Shown here one piece after another: positions 10,678-20,303 of a DNA stretch of 64,000 nt (position 1 is its first letter; each line of letters opens with the position of its first letter). Made by a program: the position numbers and the translations under genes. This DNA comes from an uncultured Pelagibacteraceae bacterium (lineage in GTDB: Bacteria; Pseudomonadota; Alphaproteobacteria; Pelagibacterales; Pelagibacteraceae): assembly GCA_902572775.1 (NCBI GenBank), contig CACGHF010000001.1, positions 1,271-65,270 of the forward strand. The letters run 5' to 3'. The notes below the pieces were generated by a model that was not told the DNA's origin, searched no databases, and was given only the letters and a program-made list of their open reading frames with translations.

Positions 10678-12137
10678 TAAAATAATTTATCTAAAACTTT
10701 TGCCGAAGAGAGAACACCTGGTACCCCAGCCCCTGGATGTGTTCCTGCACCAACAAAGTATAAACCATCATATATTTCAGATTTATTATGAAATCTAAAG
10801 TATGCGGATTGTGTAAATTTAGGTTGAATTGAAAATCCAGATCCAAATTTTGTATTTAATTCTTTTTCAAAGTAATCAGGTGTTAGATAAAAGTCCTCAA
10901 CTATATTATTCTTAAGATCCGGCATTAAGTCTTTTTCCATTTTTTCAATTACAAGATTTTTCATTTTCTCACCTTCAGTTTCCCAATTTATTTTTGACTG
11001 ATTGTTAGGAACAGGCACTAACACATAAAAACAATCATTTCCTTCTGGTGCCATAGTTTTATCAGTCGCTGTAGGTCTGTGAAGATAATAGCTAATATCG
11101 TTATTTAATTTTTTCTTATCAAATATATCATCAAGATGTTCTTTATACTTTTCTCCAAACTTTATTGTATGATGTTCAACATTCTCATAAATTTTTTTTG
11201 TTCCAAAATAGTAAACAAATAAACCCATAGAATATTCCATTCGATTTTTTTTCCAATTAAACAATATGGAATTCTCGTTGCTTTTGCTTAACATTTTTTC
11301 ATAAAATGCAGGTGGATCTGCGTTGCAAACAACATTATCTGCACCAATTTCATTATCATTATTTAATTTTACACCACTTATTTTATTATTTTTTGATATA
11401 ATTTCTGTAACTTCACAGTTTTTTATTATTTCAATACCAATCTCATTCATTAATTTTTCTAAACCTTTAATTATATTTCCTGTTCCTCCTACTGAATAAT
11501 GTATTCCCCATTTTTTTTCTAAATAAAGAATTAATCCATAAATAGAAGTGGTGGTAAAAGGATTTCCCCCAACTAGTAAAGGATGCATGCTAAGCATTCT
11601 TCTTAATTTTTCATTTTTTATATAAGATGAAACAAGTGAGTAAACTGATTTATAACTTTTAAGTTTTAACAGAGCAGGCAATTGTTGCATCATTACAAAA
11701 GGTTTATCAAATGGTACATCTGCAAGTTCTAAAAAACCTTTATCAAATATTTTTTTTGTAAAATTAACTAATTTTTCATATCCATTTACATCTTCTTTGC
11801 TAAGTTTCTCAATTTGTTCTTTCATCTCTATTTCGTCGCCTGAATAATTAAATTTAGTTTTGTCTTCAAAAATAAACTGGTACCAAATTTTAAGTGGAGT
11901 TAGTTCTATATAATTTTTTGGATCTTTGTTGAATAACTCGAACAATTCATTAATTAAGTAGGGTGCAGTAATTACTGTTGGTCCAGCATCATATATAAAT
12001 CCGTTTTTCTTAAAAACTCTTGCTCTTCCACCTAGGTCTGGATGTTTTTCTATTAATTTTACGTTATGTCCTTTTGCCTTAAGCCTTAGCGCTGCCGCGA
12101 TTCCACCAAATCCTGATCCAATGACTATAGAGTTCAT
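10677..12137 (-). CDS. crtI: Phytoene desaturase
   Basis: VIGSGFGG, DAGPTVIT, LYFVGAGTHPGAGVPGV. Confidence 0.96.
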   Translation of the reverse strand: MNSIVIGSGFGGIAAALRLKAKGHNVKLIEKHPDLGGRARVFKKNGFIYDAGPTVITAPYLINELFELFNKDPKNYIELTPLKIWYQFIFEDKTKFNYSGDEIEMKEQIEKLSKEDVNGYEKLVNFTKKIFDKGFLELADVPFDKPFVMMQQLPALLKLKSYKSVYSLVSSYIKNEKLRRMLSMHPLLVGGNPFTTTSIYGLILYLEKKWGIHYSVGGTGNIIKGLEKLMNEIGIEIIKNCEVTEIISKNNKISGVKLNNDNEIGADNVVCNADPPAFYEKMLSKSNENSILFNWKKNRMEYSMGLFVYYFGTKKIYENVEHHTIKFGEKYKEHLDDIFDKKKLNNDISYYLHRPTATDKTMAPEGNDCFYVLVPVPNNQSKINWETEGEKMKNLVIEKMEKDLMPDLKNNIVEDFYLTPDYFEKELNTKFGSGFSIQPKFTQSAYFRFHNKSEIYDGLYFVGAGTHPGAGVPGVLSSAKVLDKLF

Positions 12138-12173
12138 TATAATAATTTATAGCTTTTTTGAAAAATTGTAAGT
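12138..12173 (-). promoter_or_regulatory. Candidate leaderless sigma70 promoter of the crtI operon
   Basis: Minus strand CTTACA-17nt-TAAATT-6nt-ATG with no Shine-Dalgarno; weak evidence in AT-rich DNA. Confidence 0.4.
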
Positions 12174-12176
12174 GTA

Positions 12177-12674
12177 TTATGAGTTAATTTTTTTTAACTC
12201 TGCTTTAGTTTCATCTAAATTTTTTTGAAACACAGCATCTAATTTTGACTTGTCTACAGATGTAGTTATTATTTTTTTAACTGAGTCCACGGCAATCTTT
12301 ATTGATGCGTCCTTAATTTCTTTTAAAGCCGCTTCTTTCATCTGACTTATTTTATTTTCAGCTAAATTTTTTTTAATTTCTGATGATTTATGAAACTTGT
12401 CATTCATCTCAATTATTAATCTATCTGCATCTTTTTTGGCATTCTCAAGAATTTCGTTACTAACAGACTGAGCTGTATCTAATTTTTTTTGTGAGTTATC
12501 CAATAGAGTTTTTGCCTCGGTTCTTAATTTTTCACTTTCATCAATTTCATTTTTAATGTCAGATATCATTTTATCTAACATTTCAGAAATTTTTTGAGGA
12601 ATTTTAAGGTAAATTAATGCTCCAAAAAAAATAATAAATGATACGGCTACCCAAAATGTTGCATCAATTGCCAT
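12177..12674 (-). CDS. atpF: ATP synthase F0 subunit b (likely start MAIDAT at 12674)
   Basis: DATFWVAVSF N-terminal TM then coiled coil; atp operon order. Confidence 0.92.
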   Translation of the reverse strand: MAIDATFWVAVSFIIFFGALIYLKIPQKISEMLDKMISDIKNEIDESEKLRTEAKTLLDNSQKKLDTAQSVSNEILENAKKDADRLIIEMNDKFHKSSEIKKNLAENKISQMKEAALKEIKDASIKIAVDSVKKIITTSVDKSKLDAVFQKNLDETKAELKKINS

Positions 12675-13257
12675 AGTATTTATCTCCATTTCTTTTAGAT
12701 AGATCGTCAACAATTGCAGATATACTACTATTATTTACTTCAGCTCCAATTAGTTTTTGCAATAACTCAGATGAAGTCTCAATGGCAATTTTATTTATTT
12801 TATCTGGCGCATTTTTTCTTAATGCATCTATTTCTTTTTCAGCCTCAGCAATTTCATTATCAATTTGCTTATCAAGTACTTCTCTCTTTGCACTAATGTC
12901 TTTTAATGCTTTTTCTCTTGCTTGATTGAAAATACCATTAGCCTCAAGTTTACTTTTAGATATAATTTCATCGTATTCTTTTAGTTTTGCATCACTATCT
13001 TCTCTTTGTTTCTCAGCAGCCTCAATATTTTCTAATATTTGAGATTTTCTCGATTCTAAGTTGTTACTAATTTTTGGTAGTATTAGTTTAGATAAAACTA
13101 AATACATAATACCAAAAGTAAGTATTAGCCAAAAAATTTGAGAAACCCAAAACTCTGGATTTAATTGAGGCATACCTCCGCTTTCAGCTGCAAAAGCCTC
13201 TTTAATAAAAAAGAAGCTAAAAAATATTGACTGAAAATATATTTTTTTAATCATCAA
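12664..13257 (-). CDS. ATP synthase F0 subunit b'
   Basis: GGMPQLNPEFWVSQIFWL, typical of alphaproteobacterial b'. Confidence 0.92.
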   Translation of the reverse strand: MMIKKIYFQSIFFSFFFIKEAFAAESGGMPQLNPEFWVSQIFWLILTFGIMYLVLSKLILPKISNNLESRKSQILENIEAAEKQREDSDAKLKEYDEIISKSKLEANGIFNQAREKALKDISAKREVLDKQIDNEIAEAEKEIDALRKNAPDKINKIAIETSSELLQKLIGAEVNNSSISAIVDDLSKRNGDKYYGN

Positions 13258-13485
13258 TTAAAACGCAAAGAGAATGATTAACGCAACTACTAATCCGAAT
13301 AATCCCGTAGCTTCTGCAAGTGCAAAACCTAAAAGCAAGTTAGGAAATTGTTTTTGTGCTGCAGATGGATTTCTCATTGCACCAGACAAATAATTTCCAA
13401 AAATTATTCCTATACCAACACCGGCTCCAGCTAAAGCAATTGCTGCTAAACCTGCTCCGATCATTTTTGCTGCTTCTAATTCCAT
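13258..13485 (-). CDS. atpE: ATP synthase F0 subunit c
   Basis: GxGxG glycine motif, RNP loop, ALAEA proton-binding Glu; strong GAGGAGG SD. Confidence 0.98.
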   Translation of the reverse strand: MELEAAKMIGAGLAAIALAGAGVGIGIIFGNYLSGAMRNPSAAQKQFPNLLLGFALAEATGLFGLVVALIILFAF

Positions 13486-13502
13486 TATATCCTCCTCTGT
13501 TA

Positions 13503-14237
13503 TTAATGGTGTAAATTTAATGCATCATTTAAATAGATGCAGGTTAAGATTGCAAAAACATAAGCTTGAAGAAAAGCAACTAAGATCTCCAAACCAGTTA
13601 ACGCAACCGAAAAACTTAGTGGAAGCCACCCACCAACTATTCCAAGGCTAATTACAAACCCTCCAAAAACTTTCATCATTGTATGACCAGCCATCATATT
13701 GGCAAATAATCTAACTGATAAACTTATAGGTCTACTTAAATAAGAAATAATTTCTATAACAACAATTAAAGGGAGTAATATTGCAGGCACTCCACTTGGA
13801 ACAAATAATTTTAAATACCCAAATCCATGTTTAATAAACCCAATTACAGTCACTCCAATAAATATAAATGCTGCGAGCACAAATGTTACAATGATATGAC
13901 TGGTTACAGTGAAAGTATAAGGTATCATTCCAAACATGTTACAAAATAAAACAAACATGAATAGAGAAAATATAAATGCAAAGTATGGTTTAGCTTTTGA
14001 TCCAGCTGTATCGCTAATCATTTTGGATACAAAGGTATAGCTAAGTTCTGCTAATAATTGAATTTTGTTAGGTATTATTGAATTTTTTTTTGATCCTAAA
14101 TTAAAGATTAACAAAATAGATACAGTACTTAAAATCATAAACAAACTTGCGTTCGTAAATGATATGTCGAATGCTCCAACTTTAATTTCAGGTCCAATTC
14201 TATAAACGTCGAATTGGGACATAGGATTTGCTGCCAT
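13503..14237 (-). CDS. atpB: ATP synthase F0 subunit a
   Basis: RPISLSVRLFANMMAGH, LQAYVF. Confidence 0.98.
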   Translation of the reverse strand: MAANPMSQFDVYRIGPEIKVGAFDISFTNASLFMILSTVSILLIFNLGSKKNSIIPNKIQLLAELSYTFVSKMISDTAGSKAKPYFAFIFSLFMFVLFCNMFGMIPYTFTVTSHIIVTFVLAAFIFIGVTVIGFIKHGFGYLKLFVPSGVPAILLPLIVVIEIISYLSRPISLSVRLFANMMAGHTMMKVFGGFVISLGIVGGWLPLSFSVALTGLEILVAFLQAYVFAILTCIYLNDALNLHH

Positions 14238-14246
14238 AATAATTAT

Positions 14247-14522
14247 TTATTTTTGCATTTTTTTTGCGGATCTAATCACATTGGTTATTCCAGCAACTAC
14301 ACCAACAAAAAAAAATATTAATATAAACCAGGGTTTAGTACCAAAGGTCTTGTCAAAAATAAACCCAATAATTGTCCCCACAGCTACTGCAGAAACAAGT
14401 TCTGTGCTCAATTTGAATGCAGTTCCTATAGGTGAGGGGTCATTTTTCTTATTGTAGAGATTTTTCTTTGAAATCTTGCTTTTTGCAATCTCTAAGCGAG
14501 TTTTGAAAGGGTCTTTTCGCAT
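14247..14522 (-). CDS. atpI: AtpZ/AtpI family ATP synthase protein
   Basis: ELVSAVAVGTIIGFIFDKTFGTKPW; first gene of F0 operon. Confidence 0.88.
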   Translation of the reverse strand: MRKDPFKTRLEIAKSKISKKNLYNKKNDPSPIGTAFKLSTELVSAVAVGTIIGFIFDKTFGTKPWFILIFFFVGVVAGITNVIRSAKKMQK

Positions 14523-14531
14523 TTATATAGT

Positions 14532-17105
14532 TTAAGCAACCATACTCTCTGCTTTTTGTAAATCAACAGCCACAAGCTGACTAATTCCTTTTTGAGGCAT
14601 AGTTACCCCATATAGTCTGTTCATTTTTGACATGGTTAAAGCATGATGAGTTACAATTATGAATTTGGTGTTGGTGATTTTAATTAGTTCCTCAAGTAAA
14701 CTACAAAATCTTGTTACGTTAGCATCGTCAAGCGGTGCATCAACCTCATCCAATACACATATAGGTGAGGGATTTGTTAAAAATACTGCAAAGATTAATG
14801 AGAGGGCAGTCAATGCTTGCTCACCTCCAGATAACAAAGTTATAGATTGAAGTCTTTTCCCTGGAGGACTAACTAGCATTTCTAAACCTGCTTCAAGTGG
14901 ATCATCAGAGTCCACCAATTCTAGTTTTGCATTTCCACCATTGAAAAGTTTTGTATAAACTTCATTAAATTTTCTATTAACTTTTTCAAAAGCTTCAATC
15001 AATCTTTCTCTTCCTTTTTGATTAAGTTCATTGATGCTATCTTTCAGTTTCACGATAGCAGTAACAAGGTCGGCACGATCCTGTTCCATTTTTTTTATCT
15101 CTTCTTCATATTTACTTGTTTCTTCATCTGCTTTTAAATTTACAGATCCTAATTTTTCTCTTTCTTGTTTTTTCTTGTCCAAAGCATCTTCTTGATCAAC
15201 TGGATTTGGAAGCTCTTCTACTCCATTTAAATTTGAATTTTCTAAAATATTATTTTCATTCAAATTTAATTCAGAACTAATTCTATCAAGGAGATCATTT
15301 TTTCTTTTTTGCAGGCCTTCAATTGTAGCTCCCGAGCTTGCTTTTCTTTCTCTGATTTGAATTGATTGTTCTTGAATTTCATTTAATTGCGTTCTTAACA
15401 TTTCAATTTTTTGATCTGTTTCATCTATAATCGCTTCATTATCAATTTTTTCTTTATCTGAAATTCTTAAATTTTCTGAAATTTGACCTTTTCTCTCTGC
15501 CTGTACTCTAGGTTGGTTTTCTAAATCACTTAATTGTTTTGATAATTTTTCTTTTCTTTGTGTTAGTTCATTAACCATTTTTTCTGAGTTAGTTAATAAA
15601 TTTTTCCAACTTTCAATTTCCGTTTCAATGGTTTTAATTCTTTCATTTCTTTTTATAGACTCATTTTTAATTGATTGATTTTTACTATATGCATCAGCAT
15701 ATTTTTCTTGAAGTAATTTTATATTTTCTGATTTTTCACTAACTCCTAATAACTCACTTCTAGATCTCTCATTTTTTAAATCATTTAAAAAACTATCTAG
15801 TTCCATATTACATCTATCCAGAAGTGTTACAGCTTGATTTATTTCGTTACTATCTATTAATTCTTTTACCCTTGATATAGTGTTTTTTACATTTCTTATT
15901 GGACCCACACTTATATTTACAGTTTCTTCTGCTAAATTGTTTACAACTTCATCAACAGCTTTTTGTTCTTCTTTAAGTTTATTTTTTGCACTTTCTAACT
16001 CTTCATTAGATAATTTTTCTGTTTCAAAATACTTCGAGTCTGTCTCAATTAATTCAGTTTTTTCTTCCTTTAATCTTTTTTCATTTGAGTTCGCGTCTAT
16101 GATTATCCCTTTTTCTCTAGTGATATCATCATCAAGTGTTTGAATTGATTTTTTAATGCTTTCTATCTCATCTTGAATTCTTGTATTTTCCTCATCTAAA
16201 CTTTGAAGTTCTAAATTAAGTCTTTGTATCCTTGATAAATTTTCAATATTTTTCTCTCTCAATGGATTTACTTTATCTGTAAAAGTTTTAATTGAATTTT
16301 CTAATTCAGATATTTTGTTATTAAATCCTTCTACTTCTCCTTCTGCCTCAGTATTAATTTCATTTTCTATTCTAATTTCTTTATCTATTTCTAATAATTT
16401 TAAATAATATAAACCTGCTTCAATTTTTTTAATTTGATCTGAAATTAGTTTATATTTTGTTGCCTCTTCAGCTTGTTTTTGAAGATTTGCTAGTTGTTTT
16501 TCTTGCTGTCTTCTTAGTTCATCCGCTCTTTTTAAATTATTCTCAGCCGCACCCAATCTTAATTCAGCCTCATGTCTTCTAACGTGTAAACCAGATATTC
16601 CCGCAGCTTCTTCTAAAATAGCTCTTCTATCTGTTGGTTTTGCAGTTACTAATGCACCTATTCTTCCTTGACTAATCATAGATGGAGAGTGCGCACCAGT
16701 CGAAAGATCTGCGAAAAACATTTGCGCATCTCTTGCTCTTACCTCTTTATCATTTATGTAAAATTTAGATCCTTTATCTTTTTCTATTTTTCTTCTAATT
16801 TGTATTTGCTCCAACTCGCGGTATTGTATTGGACCTTCTTTATCTTTGTTTTCAACTTCAATAGATACTTCTGCAATATTTTTTGATGCTTTATTGGATG
16901 TTCCTGAAAATATAACATCCTCCATACCAGATCCACGCATACTTTTTGCAGAGGTTTCTCCCATTACCCATCTTAAAGATTCTACAATGTTAGATTTTCC
17001 ACAGCCGTTAGGACCCACTATACCCGTTAGACCATCCTCAATTAAGAAGTTGGTTTTTTCAGCAAAAGATTTAAATCCGTTTAATTGGATTTTTTTAAAC
17101 TCCAT
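14532..17105 (-). CDS. smc: Chromosome segregation SMC protein, short form (857 aa)
   Basis: GFKSF, Walker A GPNGCGKSN, Q-loop ISQG, signature LSGGE, Walker B LDEVDAPLD; coiled-coil middle. Confidence 0.93.
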   Translation of the reverse strand: MEFKKIQLNGFKSFAEKTNFLIEDGLTGIVGPNGCGKSNIVESLRWVMGETSAKSMRGSGMEDVIFSGTSNKASKNIAEVSIEVENKDKEGPIQYRELEQIQIRRKIEKDKGSKFYINDKEVRARDAQMFFADLSTGAHSPSMISQGRIGALVTAKPTDRRAILEEAAGISGLHVRRHEAELRLGAAENNLKRADELRRQQEKQLANLQKQAEEATKYKLISDQIKKIEAGLYYLKLLEIDKEIRIENEINTEAEGEVEGFNNKISELENSIKTFTDKVNPLREKNIENLSRIQRLNLELQSLDEENTRIQDEIESIKKSIQTLDDDITREKGIIIDANSNEKRLKEEKTELIETDSKYFETEKLSNEELESAKNKLKEEQKAVDEVVNNLAEETVNISVGPIRNVKNTISRVKELIDSNEINQAVTLLDRCNMELDSFLNDLKNERSRSELLGVSEKSENIKLLQEKYADAYSKNQSIKNESIKRNERIKTIETEIESWKNLLTNSEKMVNELTQRKEKLSKQLSDLENQPRVQAERKGQISENLRISDKEKIDNEAIIDETDQKIEMLRTQLNEIQEQSIQIRERKASSGATIEGLQKRKNDLLDRISSELNLNENNILENSNLNGVEELPNPVDQEDALDKKKQEREKLGSVNLKADEETSKYEEEIKKMEQDRADLVTAIVKLKDSINELNQKGRERLIEAFEKVNRKFNEVYTKLFNGGNAKLELVDSDDPLEAGLEMLVSPPGKRLQSITLLSGGEQALTALSLIFAVFLTNPSPICVLDEVDAPLDDANVTRFCSLLEELIKITNTKFIIVTHHALTMSKMNRLYGVTMPQKGISQLVAVDLQKAESMVA

Positions 17106-17113
17106 GCACTAAC

Positions 17114-17692
17114 TTATATCAGTTTTTCTAGCGCTTTTTTTAAATTTTTATAATTTAGAGTTTTTTCGAATTTTTCATTGTTAATAATAATCGTAGGAGT
17201 TGCGTTCACTTTGAAGTTCTTTGCTCCATCGATTCGATCGTTTAATACAAAATCTTCAATTTCCTTATTATTTATACAAGTATCAAAATCAATACTAAAT
17301 CCCTCACTTTTTAAAAATTTTTGTAGATTTTTATTTGCCTCCTGGATTGAACTTCCCTTTACCCATTTTTGTTGATTAGCATATAAACTTTCAAGGATAT
17401 CTGAATTTCCATCATTCTTACACTGAGAAACTTTAGATGCATTAAAGGCTGCTATGTCTAATGGAAAATGTCTAAATTCTATTTTAGCGAGTCCAGTATC
17501 AAGATACTCTGCCTTTAATAGAGGATAAATATTTTTATGAAAATTAGCACAATGACTACAAGTTAATGATTCAAAAGCTATAATAGTTATTTTTGCATCT
17601 TTATTCCCAACAGTTATCCTTTTAATTTCATCAGCTTGTACGTTTAAGACTGTAGTAAAAAATATTAATATTAAGAATATAATTTTTTTCAT
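17114..17692 (-). CDS. DsbA/thioredoxin-fold periplasmic protein
   Basis: Signal peptide, SLTCSHCANFH, ATPT; usual neighbour of smc. Confidence 0.92.
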   Translation of the reverse strand: MKKIIFLILIFFTTVLNVQADEIKRITVGNKDAKITIIAFESLTCSHCANFHKNIYPLLKAEYLDTGLAKIEFRHFPLDIAAFNASKVSQCKNDGNSDILESLYANQQKWVKGSSIQEANKNLQKFLKSEGFSIDFDTCINNKEIEDFVLNDRIDGAKNFKVNATPTIIINNEKFEKTLNYKNLKKALEKLI

Positions 17693-18177
17693 TTCTCTCT
17701 AAAAACCTTGGTTAACTCTGTTAATGATTTTTTAATTTTTTCGTTTTTAACACCTTTAATCTTATCTTGATATTTACTAATTGCCACATTTTTAACTTTT
17801 GTTTTACTCGAGCCTGTCATTTCATGTTCATCATCAAAACTTATAAATTTGAGCTTTTCAACAACTGAATATCCAAAAAAATTATTCATTTTATCTAAAA
17901 TATCTTTTTTCGAATATTCTACCTCAACTTCATGCCCTCGCTTGACCATAACCACTAAGGTGCTAACTCCAAATTTATTTGAATTTTTAAATGTTTTTGG
18001 ATAGCAAATTTTAAATAATTCGCTTCCAACTAAATATTTCCAATTGCTCAGTGTTTCTGAATATACATGACCTTTTTTATTTATTATTTTTTTGACATTT
18101 TTTGGCAAAGTGTCTTTGAAAGATCTTAATCCTTGAATGCTAGCGTTTCTCTGCTTAGTATTATTTTTAGATTGCAT
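17689..18177 (-). CDS. DUF721/DciA family protein (replicative helicase loader)
   Basis: W..LVG.EL...P motif, IL.KMN.FFGY..V; conserved mutY-DUF721-dsbA-smc context. Confidence 0.75.
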   Translation of the reverse strand: MQSKNNTKQRNASIQGLRSFKDTLPKNVKKIINKKGHVYSETLSNWKYLVGSELFKICYPKTFKNSNKFGVSTLVVMVKRGHEVEVEYSKKDILDKMNNFFGYSVVEKLKFISFDDEHEMTGSSKTKVKNVAISKYQDKIKGVKNEKIKKSLTELTKVFREK

Positions 18178-19164
18178 ATGAAAGATCCAATAATAACAAA
18201 TAATATTCTTAATTGGTATGATTTAAATAAAAGATCTTTACCTTGGAGAAAGAATTTTTCTCAAACAAAAAAGCAATACTACACTTTAGTAAGTGAATTT
18301 ATGTTGCAGCAAACTCAAGTTGCAACTGTAATACCTTACTTTAACAGATTTATAAAAAATATTCCTACAATTGAAAAATTATCAAAATATGATGATAGAA
18401 AATTAATTAAACTTTGGGAGGGTCTTGGATACTATTCAAGAGTAAGAAATTTAAAAAAAACAGCTCAAATAGTTGTTAAAAATTTTAATAAAAAAATACC
18501 TAGAAATTTTGTAGATTTGAAGTCTCTTCCAGGAATTGGAGATTATACAGCAAGTGCAATTTCTGCAATTGCATTCAATAAACCAATAATTCCTCTAGAT
18601 GGTAATATTGAAAGAGTTCTTAAGAGATACTTATTTTTAAAAAATCAAGATCAAATAAAAAAAGAAAATTTACACGAGAAGAAAAAAATTTTTGGAACAT
18701 CCATCAAAAGGTCTAGTGATTATGCTCAAGCTTTAATGGAATTAGGAGCACTAATTTGTAAACCTATTAGTCCCAATTGTAAGAACTGTCCATTAGTAAA
18801 AAAATGTAAATCATTTAAAAATAAAAATTTTGATTTAGTAAAAATTAAAAAAAAAGATAAGGAAACTTTTTATAAGCTAAATGTTTACAAAAAAAATAAT
18901 CATTATTTATTAATCAAAAATAACAAATTTAATTTTTTGAAAAATTTTAATATCTTCCCAATGGAGGAAGTAAATAATCCTAAAAATTTTGATAAAGATT
19001 TGAATTTTAAAATGTCTAATATGAGTATGAACATTAAAATTGAATTTAAAAATAAATATAATTTAAATAAAAATAATTATTGGATTGATCCAACAAAGCT
19101 TCAAAATTATACACTGCCAACATTTACAAAAAAGATAGTAAAATTTTTAGAAAGTCATAAATGA
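18178..19164 (+). CDS. mutY: A/G-specific adenine glycosylase (likely start MKDPII at 18178)
   Basis: VSEFMLQQTQV, WEGLGYYSR, LPGIGDYTA HhH, C-x6-C-x2-C-x5-C Fe-S motif. Confidence 0.95.
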   Translation: MKDPIITNNILNWYDLNKRSLPWRKNFSQTKKQYYTLVSEFMLQQTQVATVIPYFNRFIKNIPTIEKLSKYDDRKLIKLWEGLGYYSRVRNLKKTAQIVVKNFNKKIPRNFVDLKSLPGIGDYTASAISAIAFNKPIIPLDGNIERVLKRYLFLKNQDQIKKENLHEKKKIFGTSIKRSSDYAQALMELGALICKPISPNCKNCPLVKKCKSFKNKNFDLVKIKKKDKETFYKLNVYKKNNHYLLIKNNKFNFLKNFNIFPMEEVNNPKNFDKDLNFKMSNMSMNIKIEFKNKYNLNKNNYWIDPTKLQNYTLPTFTKKIVKFLESHK

Positions 19165-20303
19165 AAAAAATTGCAATAATTGGTGCTGGAATTTCTGGTT
19201 TGTATATTGCCAATTTATTCAAAGATCATAAGGATTATCAGGTTACGATTTATGAAAAAAGGAATTCAATAGAAATGGAAGAAGGCTATGGAATTCAGTT
19301 GTCGGTAAATAGCGTAAAGCTTTTAAATAAAATAGGCTTCACTTCTTTCACTGAAGAAGAAAAATTTAATCCAAAAAAAATTGATTTTTATGAAATTAAA
19401 AATTTAAAAAAAATTTGTGACTTAGACATTTCAAAATTTAATTCTGAAGATTGTAAATACACAACATTGAAAAGATCAAAACTACTTAAATTTTTAAAAA
19501 AACAAATAAACGAAGATATAATTAAATATAACCACAGTATTGAGCAGATTGATTATGATAAAGATTCAATAAAATTAATATTTGATAAAAATAATATAAC
19601 TTGTGATTACTTAATTATTTCAGACGGTGTGTTTTCTAAGGGGAAATTATTAATTTCAAATAATAAATCAAAACCAATTTACAATGATACGATTGCTATT
19701 AGGGGAACTATATCAAGAGAAAATTTTCAAAATTTAAATGAAGAAAATATTTCTGTGTTCTTAGGACCTAATTTTCATTATGTTGTTTATCCAATTAATA
19801 ATGATAAAAATTTAAATTTTATTGGTATTTTAAAACATAAATTAAATTCAAATGAGCAAGAGAACCATAATCTTTTTGCCGACAGTTCTTTTATAAAAAA
19901 TATTAAATTTAAATTATCTCAAAAAGTTTCTCAAAGTTTTTTGGAAAATCTTCAAAATATTAAATTATTTCCAATATTTGTAAGTAAAAATTTATATAAT
20001 CCTCCAAAAAATATATTCCTTGTAGGAGATGCATTTTTTGCTTTTTCACCTTCATTTGCACAGGGAGCTTCCCAATCAATTGAGGGGGCTAATGAATTAT
20101 ATGAATGTTTAATAAATAATAATAAATTTTATGATATCAGATTAAAGAGAACAAAAATGATTAACAGTAGATCTAATTTCAATCAATTTGCCTTCCATTT
20201 ATCAAATCCAATTATGATCATATTTAGAAATATTTTTTTAAAACTTTTAACTAAAAATAAAAAATTTTTAGAAAGTTATTTAGGTAAAATTTATAAAAGT
20301 TAA
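19161..20303 (+). CDS. FAD-dependent monooxygenase (salicylate hydroxylase-like)
   Basis: IIGAGISG, GYGIQLS, DG motif, LVGDA...PSFAQGA. Confidence 0.88.
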   Translation: MKKIAIIGAGISGLYIANLFKDHKDYQVTIYEKRNSIEMEEGYGIQLSVNSVKLLNKIGFTSFTEEEKFNPKKIDFYEIKNLKKICDLDISKFNSEDCKYTTLKRSKLLKFLKKQINEDIIKYNHSIEQIDYDKDSIKLIFDKNNITCDYLIISDGVFSKGKLLISNNKSKPIYNDTIAIRGTISRENFQNLNEENISVFLGPNFHYVVYPINNDKNLNFIGILKHKLNSNEQENHNLFADSSFIKNIKFKLSQKVSQSFLENLQNIKLFPIFVSKNLYNPPKNIFLVGDAFFAFSPSFAQGASQSIEGANELYECLINNNKFYDIRLKRTKMINSRSNFNQFAFHLSNPIMIIFRNIFLKLLTKNKKFLESYLGKIYKS

